Made by a program: the position numbers and the translations under genes. 64,000 nucleotides of DNA, taken from assembly GCA_964057225.1 (NCBI GenBank), contig OZ059900.1, forward strand, positions 21,390,001 through 21,454,000, read 5' to 3'. This DNA comes from Auanema rhodensis (Eukaryota > Animalia > Nematoda). Below the pieces are notes generated by a model. That model was not told where the DNA came from and did not search any database. It saw only the letters and a list, made by a program, of their open reading frames with translations. This document shows, piece by piece, positions 9,910-24,600 of the stretch. Positions within the stretch are counted from its first letter, which is position 1, and each line of letters starts with the position of its first letter.

Positions 9910-12900
9910 GAGAAATATTTTATTATGCTGGAAAACCAGTTTTTGGAAATTTCGCTGTAAACAAGGTTTTGACTTACGATTTCATGTGTTCAAACTCATG
10001 CAATGTCAATGAAACCTAGCTCAAAATTGTTCCTACAACGTCTAGTTCCACTTTCACGACAAAAAACAGGGGTTAGAAAATTAAGGAAATTAGCATATTC
10101 TGAGGGCACGCCCCTTATGGCTAATATTGATTAAATCGATTTTTGTTCATATGAGTCGTCAAATGCAACGAATTTCAGCGTGTTACATACTAAAATGAAG
10201 AATTTTACATGCTGAACACTAGAAAAATACAAAAACACAGTATTTCCCATGAGAAATATTTTATTATGCTGGAAAACCAGTTTTTGGAAATTTCGCTGTA
10301 AACAAGGTTTTGACTTACGATTTCATGTGTTCAAACTCATGCAATGTCAATGAAACCTAGCTCAAAATTGTTCCTACAACGTCTAGTTCCACTTTCACGA
10401 CAAAAAAACAGGGGTTAGAAAATTAAGGAAATTAGCATATTCTGAGGGCACGCCCCTTATGGCTAATATTGATTAAATCGATTTTTGTTCATATGAGTCG
10501 TCAAATGCAACGAATTTCAGCGTGTTACACACTAAAATGAAGCATTTCACATGCTGAACACTAGAAAAATACAAAAACACAGTATTTCCCATGAGAAATA
10601 TTTTATTATGCTGGAAAACCAGTTTTTGGAAATTTCGCTGTAAACAAGGTTTTGACTTACGATTTCATGTGTTCAAACTCATGCAATGTCAATGAAACCT
10701 AGCTCAAAATTGTTCCTACAACGTCTAGTTCCACTTTCACGACAAAAAAACGGGGGTTAGAAAATTAAGGAAATTAGCATATTCTGAGGGCACGCCCCTT
10801 ATGGCTAATATTGATTAAATCGATTTTTGTTCATATGAGTCGTCAAATGCAACGAATTTCAGCGTGTTACATACTAAAATGAAGCATTTTACATGCTGAA
10901 CACTAGAAAAATACAAAAACACAGTATTTCTCATGAGAAATATTTTATTATGCTGGAAAACCAGTTTTTGGAAATTTCGCTGTAAACAAGGTTTTGACTT
11001 ACGATTTCATGTGTTCAAACTCATGCAATGTCAATGAAACCTAGCTCAAAATTGTTTGTACAACGTCTAGTTCCACTTTCACGACAAAAAAACAGGGGTT
11101 AGAAAATTAAGGAAATTAGCATATTCTGAGGGCACGCCCCTTATGGCTAATATTGATTAAATCGATTTTTGTTCATATGAGTCGTCAAATGCAACGAATT
11201 TCAGCGTGTTACATACTAAAATGAAGCATTTCACATGCTGAACACTAGAAAAATACAAAAACACAGTATTTCCCATGAGAAATATTTTATTATGCTGGAA
11301 AACCAGTTTTTGGAAATTTCGCTGTAAACAAGTTTTTGACTTACGATTTCATGTGTTCAAACTCATGCAATGTCAATGAAACCTAGCTCATAATTGTTTG
11401 TACAACGTCTAGTTCCACTTTCACGACAAAAAAACAGGGGTTAGAAAATTAAGGAAATTAGCATATTCTGAGGGCACGCCCCTTATGGCTAATATTGATT
11501 AAATCGATTTTTGTTCATATGAGTCGTCAAATGCAACGAATTTCAGCGTGTTACATACTAAAATGAAGCATTTCACATGCTGAACACTAGAAAAATACAA
11601 AAACACAGTATTTCCCATGAGAAATATTTTATTATGCTGGAAAACCAGTTTTTGGAAATTTCGCTGTAAACAAGTTTTTGACTTACGATTTCATGTGTTC
11701 AAACTCATGCAATGTCAATGAAACCTAGCTCATAATTGTTCCTACAACGTCTAGTTCCACTTTCACGACAAAAAAACAGGGGTTAGAAAATTAAGGAAAT
11801 TAGCATATTCTGAGGGCACGCCCCTTATGGCTAATATTGATTAAATCGATTTTTGTTCATATGAGTCGTCAAATGCAACGAATTTCAGCGTGTTACATAC
11901 TAAAATGAAGCATTTCACATGCTGAACACTAGAAAAATACAAAAACACAGTATTTCCCATGAGAAATATTTTATTATGCTGGAAAACCAGTTTTTGGAAA
12001 TTTCGCTGTAAACAAGTTTTTGACTTACGATTTCATGTGTTCAAACTCATGCAATGTCAATGAAACCTAGCTCATAATTGTTCCTACAACGTCTAGTTCC
12101 ACTTTCACGACAAAAAAACAGGGGTTAGAAAATTAAGGAAATTAGCATATTCTGAGGGCACGCCTCTTATGGCTAATATTGATTAAATCGATTTTTGTTC
12201 ATATGAGTAGTCAAATGCAACGAATTTCAGCGTGTTACATACTAAAATGAAGCATTTTACATGCTGAACACTAGAAAAATACAAAAACACAGTATTTCCC
12301 ATGAGAAATATTTTATTATGCTGGAAAACCAGTTTTTGGAAATTTCGCTGTAAACAAGGTTTTGACTTACGATTTCATGTGTTCAAACTCATGCAATGTC
12401 AATGAAACCTAGCTCAAAATTGTTCGTACAACGTCTTGTTCCACTTTCACGACAAAAAAACAGGGGTTAGAAAATTAAGGAAATTAGCATATTCTGAGGG
12501 CACGCCCCTTATGGCTAATATTGATTAAATCGATTTTTGTTCATATGAGTCGTGAAATGCAACGAATTTCAGCGTGTTACATACTAAAATGAAGCATTTT
12601 ACATGCTGAACACTAGAAAAATACAAAAACACAGTATTTCCCATGAGAAATATTTTATTATGCTGGAAAACCAGTTTTTGGAAATTTCGCTGTAAACAAG
12701 GTTTTGACTTACGATTTCATGTGTTCAAACTCATGCAATGTCAATGAAACCTAGCTCAAAATTGTTCGTACAACGTCTAGTTCCACTTTCACGACAAAAA
12801 AACAGGGGTTAGAAAATTAAGGAAGTTAGCATATTCTGAGGGCACGCCTCTTATGGCTAATATTGATTAAATCGATTTTTGTTCATATGAGTCGTCAAAT

Positions 12901-15142
12901 GCAACGAATTTCAGCGTGTTACATACTAAAATGAAGCATTTTACATGCTGAACACTAGAAAAATACAAAAACACAGTATTTCCCATGAGAAATATTTTAT
13001 TATGCTGGAAAACCAGTTTTTGGAAATTTCGCTGTAAACAAGGTTTTGACTTACGATTTCATGTGTTCAAACTCATGCAATGTCAATGAAACCTAGCTCA
13101 AAATTGTTCGTACAACGTCTAGTTCCACTTTCACGACAAAAAAACAGGGGTTTGAAAATTAAGGAAATTAGCATATTCTGAGGGCACGCCCCTTATGGCT
13201 AATATTGATTAAATCGATTTTTGTTCATATGAGTCGTCAAATGCAACGAATTTCAGCGTGTTACACACTAAAATGAAGCATTTCACATGCTGAACACTAG
13301 AAAAATACAAAAACACAGTATTTCCCATGAGAAATATTTTATTATGCTGGAAAACCAGTTTTTGGAAATTTCGCTGTAAACAAGGTTTTGACTTACGATT
13401 TCATGTGTTCAAACTCATGCAATGTCAATGAAACCTAGCTCAAAATTGTTCCTACAACGTCTAGTTCCACTTTCACGACAAAAAAACGGGGGTTAGAAAA
13501 TTAAGGAAATTAGCATATTCTGAGGGCACGCCCCTTATGGCTAATATTGATTAAATCGATTTTTGTTCATATGAGTCGTCAAATGCAACGAATTTCAGCG
13601 TGTTACATACTAAAATGAAGCATTTTACATGCTGAACACTAGAAAAATACAAAAACACAGTATTTCTCATGAGAAATATTTTATTATGCTGGAAAACCAG
13701 TTTTTGGAAATTTCGCTGTAAACAAGGTTTTGACTTACGATTTCATGTGTTCAAACTCATGCAATGTCAATGAAACCTAGCTCAAAATTGTTTGTACAAC
13801 GTCTAGTTCCACTTTCACGACAAAAAAACAGGGGTTAGAAAATTAAGGAAATTAGCATATTCTGAGGGCACGCCCCTTATGGCTAATATTGATTAAATCG
13901 ATTTTTGTTCATATGAGTCGTCAAATGCAACGAATTTCAGCGTGTTACATACTAAAATGAAGCATTTCACATGCTGAACACTAGAAAAATACAAAAACAC
14001 AGTATTTCCCATGAGAAATATTTTATTATGCTGGAAAACCAGTTTTTGGAAATTTCGCTGTAAACAAGTTTTTGACTTACGATTTCATGTGTTCAAACTC
14101 ATGCAATGTCAATGAAACCTAGCTCATAATTGTTCCTACAACGTCTAGTTCCACTTTCACGACAAAAAAACAGGGGTTAGAAAATTAAGGAAATTAGCAT
14201 ATTCTGAGGGCACGCCTCTTATGGCTAATATTGATTAAATCGATTTTTGTTCATATGAGTAGTCAAATGCAACGAATTTCAGCGTGTTACATACTAAAAT
14301 GAAGCATTTTACATGCTGAACACTAGAAAAATACAAAAACACAGTATTTCCCATGAGAAATATTTTATTATGCTGGAAAACCAGTTTTTGGAAATTTCGC
14401 TGTAAACAAGGTTTTGACTTACGATTTCATGTGTTCAAACTCATGCAATGTCAATGAAACCTAGCTCAAAATTGTTCGTACAACGTCTAGTTCCACTTTC
14501 ACGACAAAAAAACAGGGGTTAGAAAATTAAGGAAATTAGCATATTCTGAGGGCACGCCCCTTATGGCTAATATTGATTAAATCGATTTTTGTTCATATGA
14601 GTCGTGAAATGCAACGAATTTCAGCGTGTTACATACTAAAATGAAGCATTTTACATGCTGAACACTAGAAAAATACAAAAACACAGTATTTCCCATGAGA
14701 AATACTTTATTATGCTGGAAAACCAGTTTTTGGAAATTTCGCTGTAAACAAGGTTTTGACTTACGATTTCATGTGTTCAAACTCATGCAATGTCAATGAA
14801 ACCTAGCTCAAAATTGTTCGTACAACGTCTAGTTCCACTTTCACGACAAAAAAACAGGGGTTAGAAAATTAAGGAAGTTAGCATATTCTGAGGGCACGCC
14901 TCTTATGGCTAATATTGATTAAATCGATTTTTGTTCATATGAGTCGTCAAATGCAACGAATTTCAGCGTGTTACATACTAAAATGAAGCATTTTACATGC
15001 TGAACACTAGAAAAATACAAAAACACAGTATTTCCCATGAGAAATATTTTATTATGCTGGAAAACCAGTTTTTGGAAATTTCGCTGTAAACAAGGTTTTG
15101 ACTTACGATTTCATGTGTTCAAACTCATGCAATGTCAATGAA

Positions 15143-17194
15143 ACCTAGCTCAAAATTGTTCGTACAACGTCTAGTTCCACTTTCACGACAAAAAAACAGG
15201 GGTTTGAAAATTAAGGAAATTAGCATATTCTGAGGGCACGCCCCTTATGGCTAATATTGATTAAATCGATTTTTGTTCATATGAGTAGTCAAATGCAACG
15301 AATTTCAGCGTGTTACATACTAAAATGAAGCATTTTACATGCTGAACACTAGAAAAATACAAAAACACAGTATTTCCCATGAGAAATATTTTATTATGCT
15401 GGAAAACCAGTTTTTGGAAATTTCGCTGTAAACAAGGTTTTGACTTACGATTTCATGTGTTCAAACTCATGCAATGTCAATGAAACCTAGCTCAAAATTG
15501 TTCGTACAACGTCTAGTTCCACTTTCACGACAAAAAAACAGGGGTTAGAAAATTAAGGAAATTAGCATATTCTGAGGGCACGCCCCTTATGGCTAATATT
15601 GATTAAATCGATTTTTGTTCATATGAGTCGTGAAATGCAACGAATTTCAGCGTGTTACATACTAAAATGAAGCATTTTACATGCTGAACACTAGAAAAAT
15701 ACAAAAACACAGTATTTCCCATGAGAAATATTTTATTATGCTGGAAAACCAGTTTTTGGAAATTTCGCTGTAAACAAGGTTTTGACTTACGATTTCATGT
15801 GTTCAAACTCATGCAATGTCAATGAAACCTAGCTCAAAATTGTTCGTACAACGTCTAGTTCCACTTTCACGACAAAAAAACAGGGGTTTGAAAATTAAGG
15901 AAATTAGCATATTCTGAGGGCACGCCCCTTATGGCTAATATTGATTAAATCGATTTTTGTTCATATGAGTAGTCAAATGCAACGAATTTCAGCGTGTTAC
16001 ATACTAAAATGAAGCATTTTACATGCTGAACACTAGAAAAATACAAAAACACAGTATTTCCCATGAGAAATATTTTATTATGCTGGAAAACCAGTTTTTG
16101 GAAATTTCGCTGTAAACAAGGTTTTGACTTACGATTTCATGTGTTCAAACTCATGCAATGTCAATGAAACCTAGCTCAAAATTGTTCGTACAACGTCTAG
16201 TTCCACTTTCACGACAAAAAAACAGGGGTTAGAAAATTAAGGAAATTAGCATATTCTGAGGGCACGCCCCTTATGGCTAATATTGATTAAATCGATTTTT
16301 GTTCATATGAGTCGTGAAATGCAACGAATTTCAGCGTGTTACATACTAAAATGAAGCATTTTACATGCTGAACACTAGAAAAATACAAAAACACAGTATT
16401 TCCCATGAGAAATATTTTATTATGCTGGAAAACCAGTTTTTGGAAATTTCGCTGTAAACAAGGTTTTGACTTACGATTTCATGTGTTCAAACTCATGCAA
16501 TGTCAATGAAACCTAGCTCAAAATTGTTCGTACAACGTCTAGTTCCACTTTCACGACAAAAAAACAGGGGTTTGAAAATTAAGGAAATTAGCATATTCTG
16601 AGGGCACGCCCCTTATGGCTAATATTGATTAAATCGATTTTTGTTCATATGAGTAGTCAAATGCAACGAATTTCAGCGTGTTACATACTAAAATGAAGCA
16701 TTTTACATGCTGAACACTAGAAAAATACAAAAACACAGTATTTCCCATGAGAAATATTTTATTATGCTGGAAAACCAGTTTTTGGAAATTTCGCTGTAAA
16801 CAAGGTTTTGACTTACGATTTCATGTGTTCAAACTCATGCAATGTCAATGAAACCTAGCTCAAAATTGTTCGTACAACGTCTAGTTCCACTTTCACGACA
16901 AAAAAACAGGGGTTAGAAAATTAAGGAAATTAGCATATTCTGAGGGCACGCCCCTTATGGCTAATATTGATTAAATCGATTTTTGTTCATATGAGTCGTG
17001 AAATGCAACGAATTTCAGCGTGTTACATACTAAAATGAAGCATTTTACATGCTGAACACTAGAAAAATACAAAAACACAGTATTTCCCATGAGAAATATT
17101 TTATTATGCTGGAAAACCAGTTTTTGGAAATTTCGCTGTAAACAAGGTTTTGACTTACGATTTCATGTGTTCAAACTCATGCAATGTCAATGAA
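15143..17194 (+). repeat. Local dimeric higher-order repeat, 684 bp x3
   Basis: Monomers alternate between type ggtttgaa + gagtag (15143, 15827, 16511) and type gtcgtgaa (15485, 16169, 16853). Confidence 0.85.
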
Positions 17195-20100
17195 ACCTAG
17201 CTCAAAATTGTTCGTACAACGTCTAGTTCCACTTTCACGACAAAAAAACAGGGGTTAGAAAATTAAGGAAGTTAGCATATTCTGAGGGCACGCCTCTTAT
17301 GGCTAATATTGATTAAATCGATTTTTGTTCATATGAGTCGTCAAATGCAACGAATTTCAGCGTGTTACATACTAAAATGAAGCATTTTACATGCTGAACA
17401 CTAGAAAAATACAAAAACACAGTATTTCCCATGAGAAATATTTTATTATGCTGGAAAACCAGTTTTTGGAAAGTTCGCTGTAAACAAGGTTTTGACTTAC
17501 GATTTCATGTGTTCAAACTCATGCAATGTCAATGAAACCTAGCTCAAAATTGTTCCTACAACGTCTAGTTCCACTTTCACGACAAAAAAACAGGGGTTAG
17601 AAAATTAAGGAAATTAGCATATTCTGAGGGCACGCCCCTTATGGCTAATATTGATTAAATCGATTTTTGTTCATATGAGTCGTCAAATGCAACGAATTTC
17701 AGCGTGTTACATACTAAAATGAAGCATTTTACATGCTTAACACTAGAAAAATACAAAAACACAGTATTTCCCATGAGAAATATTTTATTATGCTGGAAAA
17801 CCAGTTTTTGGAAATTTCGCTGTAAACAAGGTTTTGACTTACGATTTCATGTGTTCAAACTCATGCAATGTCAATGAAACCTAGCTCAAAATTGTTCCTA
17901 CAACGTCTAGTTCCACTTTCACGACAAAAAAACAGGGGTTAGAAAATTAAGGAAATTAGCATATTCTGAGGGCACGCCCCTTATGGCTAATATTGATTAA
18001 ATCGATTTTTGTTCATATGAGTCGTCAAATGCAACGAATTTCAGCGTGTTACATACTAAAATGAAGCATTTTACATGCTTAACACTAGAAAAATACAAAA
18101 ACACAGTATTTCCCATGAGAAATATTTTATTATGCTGGAAAACCAGTTTTTGGAAATTTCGCTGTAAACAAGGTTTTGACTTACGATTTCATGTGTTCAA
18201 ACTCATGCAATGTCAATGAAACCTAGCTCAAAATTGTTCGTACAACGTCTAGTTCCACTTTCACGACAAAAAAACAGGGGTTTGAAAATTAAGGAAATTA
18301 GCATATTCTGAGGGCACGCCCCTTATGGCTAATATTGATTAAATCGATTTTTGTTCATATGAGTAGTCAAATGCAACGAATTTCAGCGTGTTACATACTA
18401 AAATGAAGCATTTTACATGCTGAACACTAGAAAAATACAAAAACACAGTATTTCCCATGAGAAATATTTTATTATGCTGGAAAACCAGTTTTTGGAAATT
18501 TCGCTGTAAACAAGGTTTTGACTTACGATTTCATGTGTTCAAACTCATGCAATGTCAATGAAACCTAGCTCAAAATTGTTCGTACAACGTCTAGTTCCAC
18601 TTTCACGACAAAAAAACAGGGGTTAGAAAATTAAGGAAATTAGCATATTCTGAGGGCACGCCCCTTATGGCTAATATTGATTAAATCGATTTTTGTTCAT
18701 ATGAGTCGTGAAATGCAACGAATTTCAGCGTGTTACATACTAAAATGAAGCATTTTACATGCTGAACACTAGAAAAATACAAAAACACAGTATTTCCCAT
18801 GAGAAATATTTTATTATGCTGGAAAACCAGTTTTTGGAAATTTCGCTGTAAACAAGGTTTTGACTTACGATTTCATGTGTTCAAACTCATGCAATGTCAA
18901 TGAAACCTAGCTCAAAATTGTTCGTACAACGTCTAGTTCCACTTTCACGACAAAAAAACAGGGGTTAGAAAATTAAGGAAGTTAGCATATTCTGAGGGCA
19001 CGCCTCTTATGGCTAATATTGATTAAATCGATTTTTGTTCATATGAGTCGTCAAATGCAACGAATTTCAGCGTGTTACATACTAAAATGAAGCATTTTAC
19101 ATGCTGAACACTAGAAAAATACAAAAACACAGTATTTCCCATGAGAAATATTTTATTATGCTGGAAAACCAGTTTTTGGAAAGTTCGCTGTAAACAAGGT
19201 TTTGACTTACGATTTCATGTGTTCAAACTCATGCAATGTCAATGAAACCTAGCTCAAAATTGTTCCTACAACGTCTAGTTCCACTTTCACGACAAAAAAA
19301 CAGGGGTTAGAAAATTAAGGAAATTAGCATATTCTGAGGGCACGCCCCTTATGGCTAATATTGATTAAATCGATTTTTGTTCATATGAGTCGTCAAATGC
19401 AACGAATTTCAGCGTGTTACATACTAAATTGAAGCATTTTACATGCTTAACACTAGAAAAATACAAAAACACAGTATTTCCCATGAGAAATATTTTATTA
19501 TGCTGGAAAACCAGTTTTTGGAAATTTCGCTGTAAACAAGGTTTTGACTTACGATTTCATGTGTTCAAACTCATGCAATGTCAATGAAACCTAGCTCAAA
19601 ATTGTTCCTACAACGTCTAGTTCCACTTTCACGACAAAAAAACAGGGGTTAGAAAATTAAGGAAATTAGCATATTCTGAGGGCACGCCCCTTATGGCTAA
19701 TATTGATTAAATCGATTTTTGTTCATATGAGTCGTCAAATGCAACGAATTTCAGCGTGTTACATACTAAAATGAAGCATTTTACATGCTTAACACTAGAA
19801 AAATACAAAAACACAGTATTTCCCATGAGAAATATTTTATTATGCTGGAAAACCAGTTTTTGGAAATTTCGCTGTAAACAAGGTTTTGACTTACGATTTC
19901 ATGTGTTCAAACTCATGCAATGTCAATGAAACCTAGCTCAAAATTGTTCGTACAACGTCTAGTTCCACTTTCACGACAAAAAAACAGGGGTTTGAAAATT
20001 AAGGAAATTAGCATATTCTGAGGGCACGCCCCTTATGGCTAATATTGATTAAATCGATTTTTGTTCATATGAGTAGTCAAATGCAACGAATTTCAGCGTG

Positions 20101-21640
20101 TTACATACTAAAATGAAGCATTTTACATGCTGAACACTAGAAAAATACAAAAACACAGTATTTCCCATGAGAAATATTTTATTATGCTGGAAAACCAGTT
20201 TTTGGAAATTTCGCTGTAAACAAGGTTTTGACTTACGATTTCATGTGTTCAAACTCATGCAATGTCAATGAAACCTAGCTCAAAATTGTTCGTACAACGT
20301 CTAGTTCCACTTTCACGACAAAAAAACAGGGGTTAGAAAATTAAGGAAATTAGCATATTCTGAGGGCACGCCCCTTATGGCTAATATTGATTAAATCGAT
20401 TTTTGTTCATATGAGTCGTGAAATGCAACGAATTTCAGCGTGTTACATACTAAAATGAAGCATTTTACATGCTGAACACTAGAAAAATACAAAAACACAG
20501 TATTTCCCATGAGAAATATTTTATTATGCTGGAAAACCAGTTTTTGGAAATTTCGCTGTAAACAAGGTTTTGACTTACGATTTCATGTGTTCAAACTCAT
20601 GCAATGTCAATGAAACCTAGCTCAAAATTGTTCGTACAACGTCTAGTTCCACTTTCACGACAAAAAAACAGGGGTTAGAAAATTAAGGAAGTTAGCATAT
20701 TCTGAGGGCACGCCTCTTATGGCTAATATTGATTAAATCGATTTTTGTTCATATGAGTCGTCAAATGCAACGAATTTCAGCGTGTTACATACTAAAATGA
20801 AGCATTTTACATGCTGAACACTAGAAAAATACAAAAACACAGTATTTCCCATGAGAAATATTTTATTATGCTGGAAAACCAGTTTTTGGAAAGTTCGCTG
20901 TAAACAAGGTTTTGACTTACGATTTCATGTGTTCAAACTCATGCAATGTCAATGAAACCTAGCTCAAAATTGTTCCTACAACGTCTAGTTCCACTTTCAC
21001 GACAAAAAAACAGGGGTTAGAAAATTAAGGAAATTAGCATATTCTGAGGGCACGCCCCTTATGGCTAATATTGATTAAATCGATTTTTGTTCATATGAGT
21101 CGTCAAATGCAACGAATTTCAGCGTGTTACATACTAAAATGAATCATTTTACATGCTTAACACTAGAAAAATACAAAAACACAGTATTTCCCATGAGAAA
21201 TATTTTATTATGCTGGAAAACCAGTTTTTGGAAATTTCGCTGTAAACAAGGTTTTGACTTACGATTTCATGTGTTCAAACTCATGCAATGTCAATGAAAC
21301 CTAGCTCAAAATTGTTCCTACAACGTCTAGTTCCACTTTCACGACAAAAAAACAGGGGTTAGAAAATTAAGGAAATTAGCATATTCTGAGGGCACGCCCC
21401 TTATGGCTAATATTGATTAAATCGATTTTTGTTCATATGAGTCGTCAAATGCAACGAATTTCAGCGTGTTACATACTAAAATGAAGCATTTTACATGCTT
21501 AACACTAGAAAAATACAAAAACACAGTATTTCCCATGAGAAATATTTTATTATGCTGGAAAACCAGTTTTTGGAAATTTCGCTGTAAACAAGGTTTCGAC
21601 TTACGATTTCATGTGTTCAAACTCATGCAATGTCAATGAA
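16511..21640 (+). repeat. Local 5-mer higher-order repeat, 1,710 bp x3
   Basis: The variant order (tttga+gtag)(gtg)(gaagtt+cctct+aaagtt)(gcttaa)(gcttaa) starts at 16511, 18221 and 19931. Confidence 0.88.
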
Positions 21641-24600
21641 ACCTAGCTCAAAATTGTTTCTACAACATCTAGTTCCACTTTCACGACAAAAAAACAGGGG
21701 TTAGAAAATTAAGGAAATTAGCATATTCTGAGGGCACGCCCTTTATGGCTAATATTGATTAAATCGATTTTTGTTCATATGAGTCGTCAAATGCAACGAA
21801 TTTCAGCGTGTTACATACTAAAATGAAGCAGTTTACATGCTGAACACTATAAAAATACAAAAACACAGTATTTCCCATGAGAAATATTTTATTATGCTGG
21901 AAAACCAGTTTTTGGAAATTTCGCTGTAAACAAGGTTTCGACTTACGATTTCATGTGTTCAAACTCATGCAATGTCAATGAAACCTAGCTCAAAATTGTT
22001 TCTACAACGTCTAGTTCCACTTTCACGACAAAAAAACAGGGGTTAGAAAATTAAGGAAATTAGCATATTCTGAGGGCACGCCCCTTATGGCTAATATTGA
22101 TTAAATCGATTTTTGTTCATATGAGTCGTCAAATGCAACGAATTTCAGCGTGTTACATACTAAAATGAAGCATTTTACATGCTGAACACTATAAAAATAC
22201 AAAAACACAGTATTTCCCATGAGAAATATTTTATTATGCTGGAAAACCAGTTTTTGGAAATTTCGCTGTAAACAAGGTTTCGACTTACGATTTCATGTGT
22301 TCAAACTCATGCAATGTCAATGAAACCTAGCTCAAAATTGTTTCTACAACGTCTAGTTCCACTTTCACGACAAAAAAACAGGGGTTAGAAAATTAAGGAA
22401 ATTAGCATATTCTGAGGGCACGCCCCTTATGGCTAATATTGATTAAATCGATTTTTGTTCATATGAGTCGTCAAATGCAACGAATTTCAGCGTGTTACAT
22501 ACTAAAATGAAGCATTTTACATGCTGAACACTAAAAAAATACAAAAACACAGTATTTCCCATGAGAAATATTTTATTATGCTGGAAAACCAGTTTTTGGA
22601 AATTTCGCTGTAAACAAGGTTTTGACTTACGATTTCATGTGTTCAAACTCATGCAATGTCAATGAAACCTAGTTCAAAATTGTTCCTACAACGTCTAGTT
22701 CCACTTTCACGACAAAAAAACAGGGGTTAGAAAATTAAGGAAATTAGCATATTCTGAGGGCACGCCCTTTATGGCTAATATTGATTAAATCGATTTTTGT
22801 TCATATGAGTCGTCAAATGCAACGAATTTCAGCGTGTTACATACTAAAATGAAGCATTTTACATGCTGAACACTATAAAAATACAAAAACACAGTATTTC
22901 CCATGAGAAATATTTTATTATGCTGGAAAACCAGTTTTGGGAAATTTCGCTGTAAACAAGGTTTTGACTTACAATTTCATGTGTTCAAACTCATGCAATG
23001 TCAACGAAACCTAGCTCAAAATTGTTCCTACAACGTCTAATTCCACTTTCACGACAAAAAAACAGGGGTTAGAAAATTAAGGAAATTAGCATATTCTGAG
23101 GGCACGCCCCTTATGGCTAATATTGATTAAATCGATTTTTGTTCATATGAGTTGTGAAATGCAACGAATTTCAGCGTGTTACATACTAAAATGAAGCATT
23201 TTACATGCTGAACACTAGAAAAATACAAAAACACAGTATTTCCCATGAGAAATATTTTATTATGCTGGAAAACCAGTTTTTGGAAAGTTCGCTGTAAACA
23301 AGGTTTTGACTTACGATTTCATGTGTTCAAACTCATGCAATGTCAATGAAACCTAGCTCAAAATTGTTCCTACAACGTCTAGTTCCACTTTCACGACAAA
23401 AAAAACAGGGGTTAGAAAATTAAGGAAATTAGCATATTCTGAGGGCACGCCCCTTATGGCTAATATTGATTAAATCGATTTTTGTTCATATGAGTCGTCA
23501 AATGCAACGAATTTCAGCGTGTTACATACTAAAATGAAGCATTTTACATGCTTAACACTAGAAAAATACAAAAACACAGTATTTCCCATGAGAAATATTT
23601 TATTATGCTGGAAAACCAGTTTTTGGAAATTTCGCTGTAAACAAGGTTTTGACTTACGATTTCATGTGTTCAAACTCATGCAATGTCAATGAAACCTAGC
23701 TCAAAATTGTTCCTACAACGTCTAGTTCCACTTTCACGACAAAAAAACAGGGGTTAGAAAATTAAGGAAATTAGCATATTCTGAGGGCACGCCCCTTATG
23801 GCTAATATTGATTAAATCGATTTTTGTTCATATGAGTCGTCAAATGCAACGAATTTCAGCGTGTTACATACTAAAATGAAGCATTTTACATGCTTAACAC
23901 TAGAAAAATACAAAAACACAGTATTTCCCATGAGAAATATTTTATTATGCTGGAAAACCAGTTTTTGGAAATTTCGCTGTAAACAAGGTTTCGACTTACG
24001 ATTTCATGTGTTCAAACTCATGCAATGTCAATGAAACCTAGCTCAAAATTGTTTCTACAACATCTAGTTCCACTTTCACGACAAAAAAACAGGGGTTAGA
24101 AAATTAAGGAAATTAGCATATTCTGAGGGCACGCCCTTTATGGCTAATATTGATTAAATCGATTTTTGTTCATATGAGTCGTCAAATGCAACGAATTTCA
24201 GCGTGTTACATACTAAAATGAAGCAGTTTACATGCTGAACACTATAAAAATACAAAAACACAGTATTTCCCATGAGAAATATTTTATTATGCTGGAAAAC
24301 CAGTTTTTGGAAATTTCGCTGTAAACAAGGTTTCGACTTACGATTTCATGTGTTCAAACTCATGCAATGTCAATGAAACCTAGCTCAAAATTGTTTCTAC
24401 AACGTCTAGTTCCACTTTCACGACAAAAAAACAGGGGTTAGAAAATTAAGGAAATTAGCATATTCTGAGGGCACGCCCCTTATGGCTAATATTGATTAAA
24501 TCGATTTTTGTTCATATGAGTCGTCAAATGCAACGAATTTCAGCGTGTTACATACTAAAATGAAGCATTTTACATGCTGAACACTATAAAAATACAAAAA

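Noticed and set aside
6734-9975. Transposon insertion with terminal inverted repeats and a target-site duplication
   Set aside because: The inserted DNA is purely satellite with no transposase or distinct termini, and 67 bp is much longer than typical target-site duplications.
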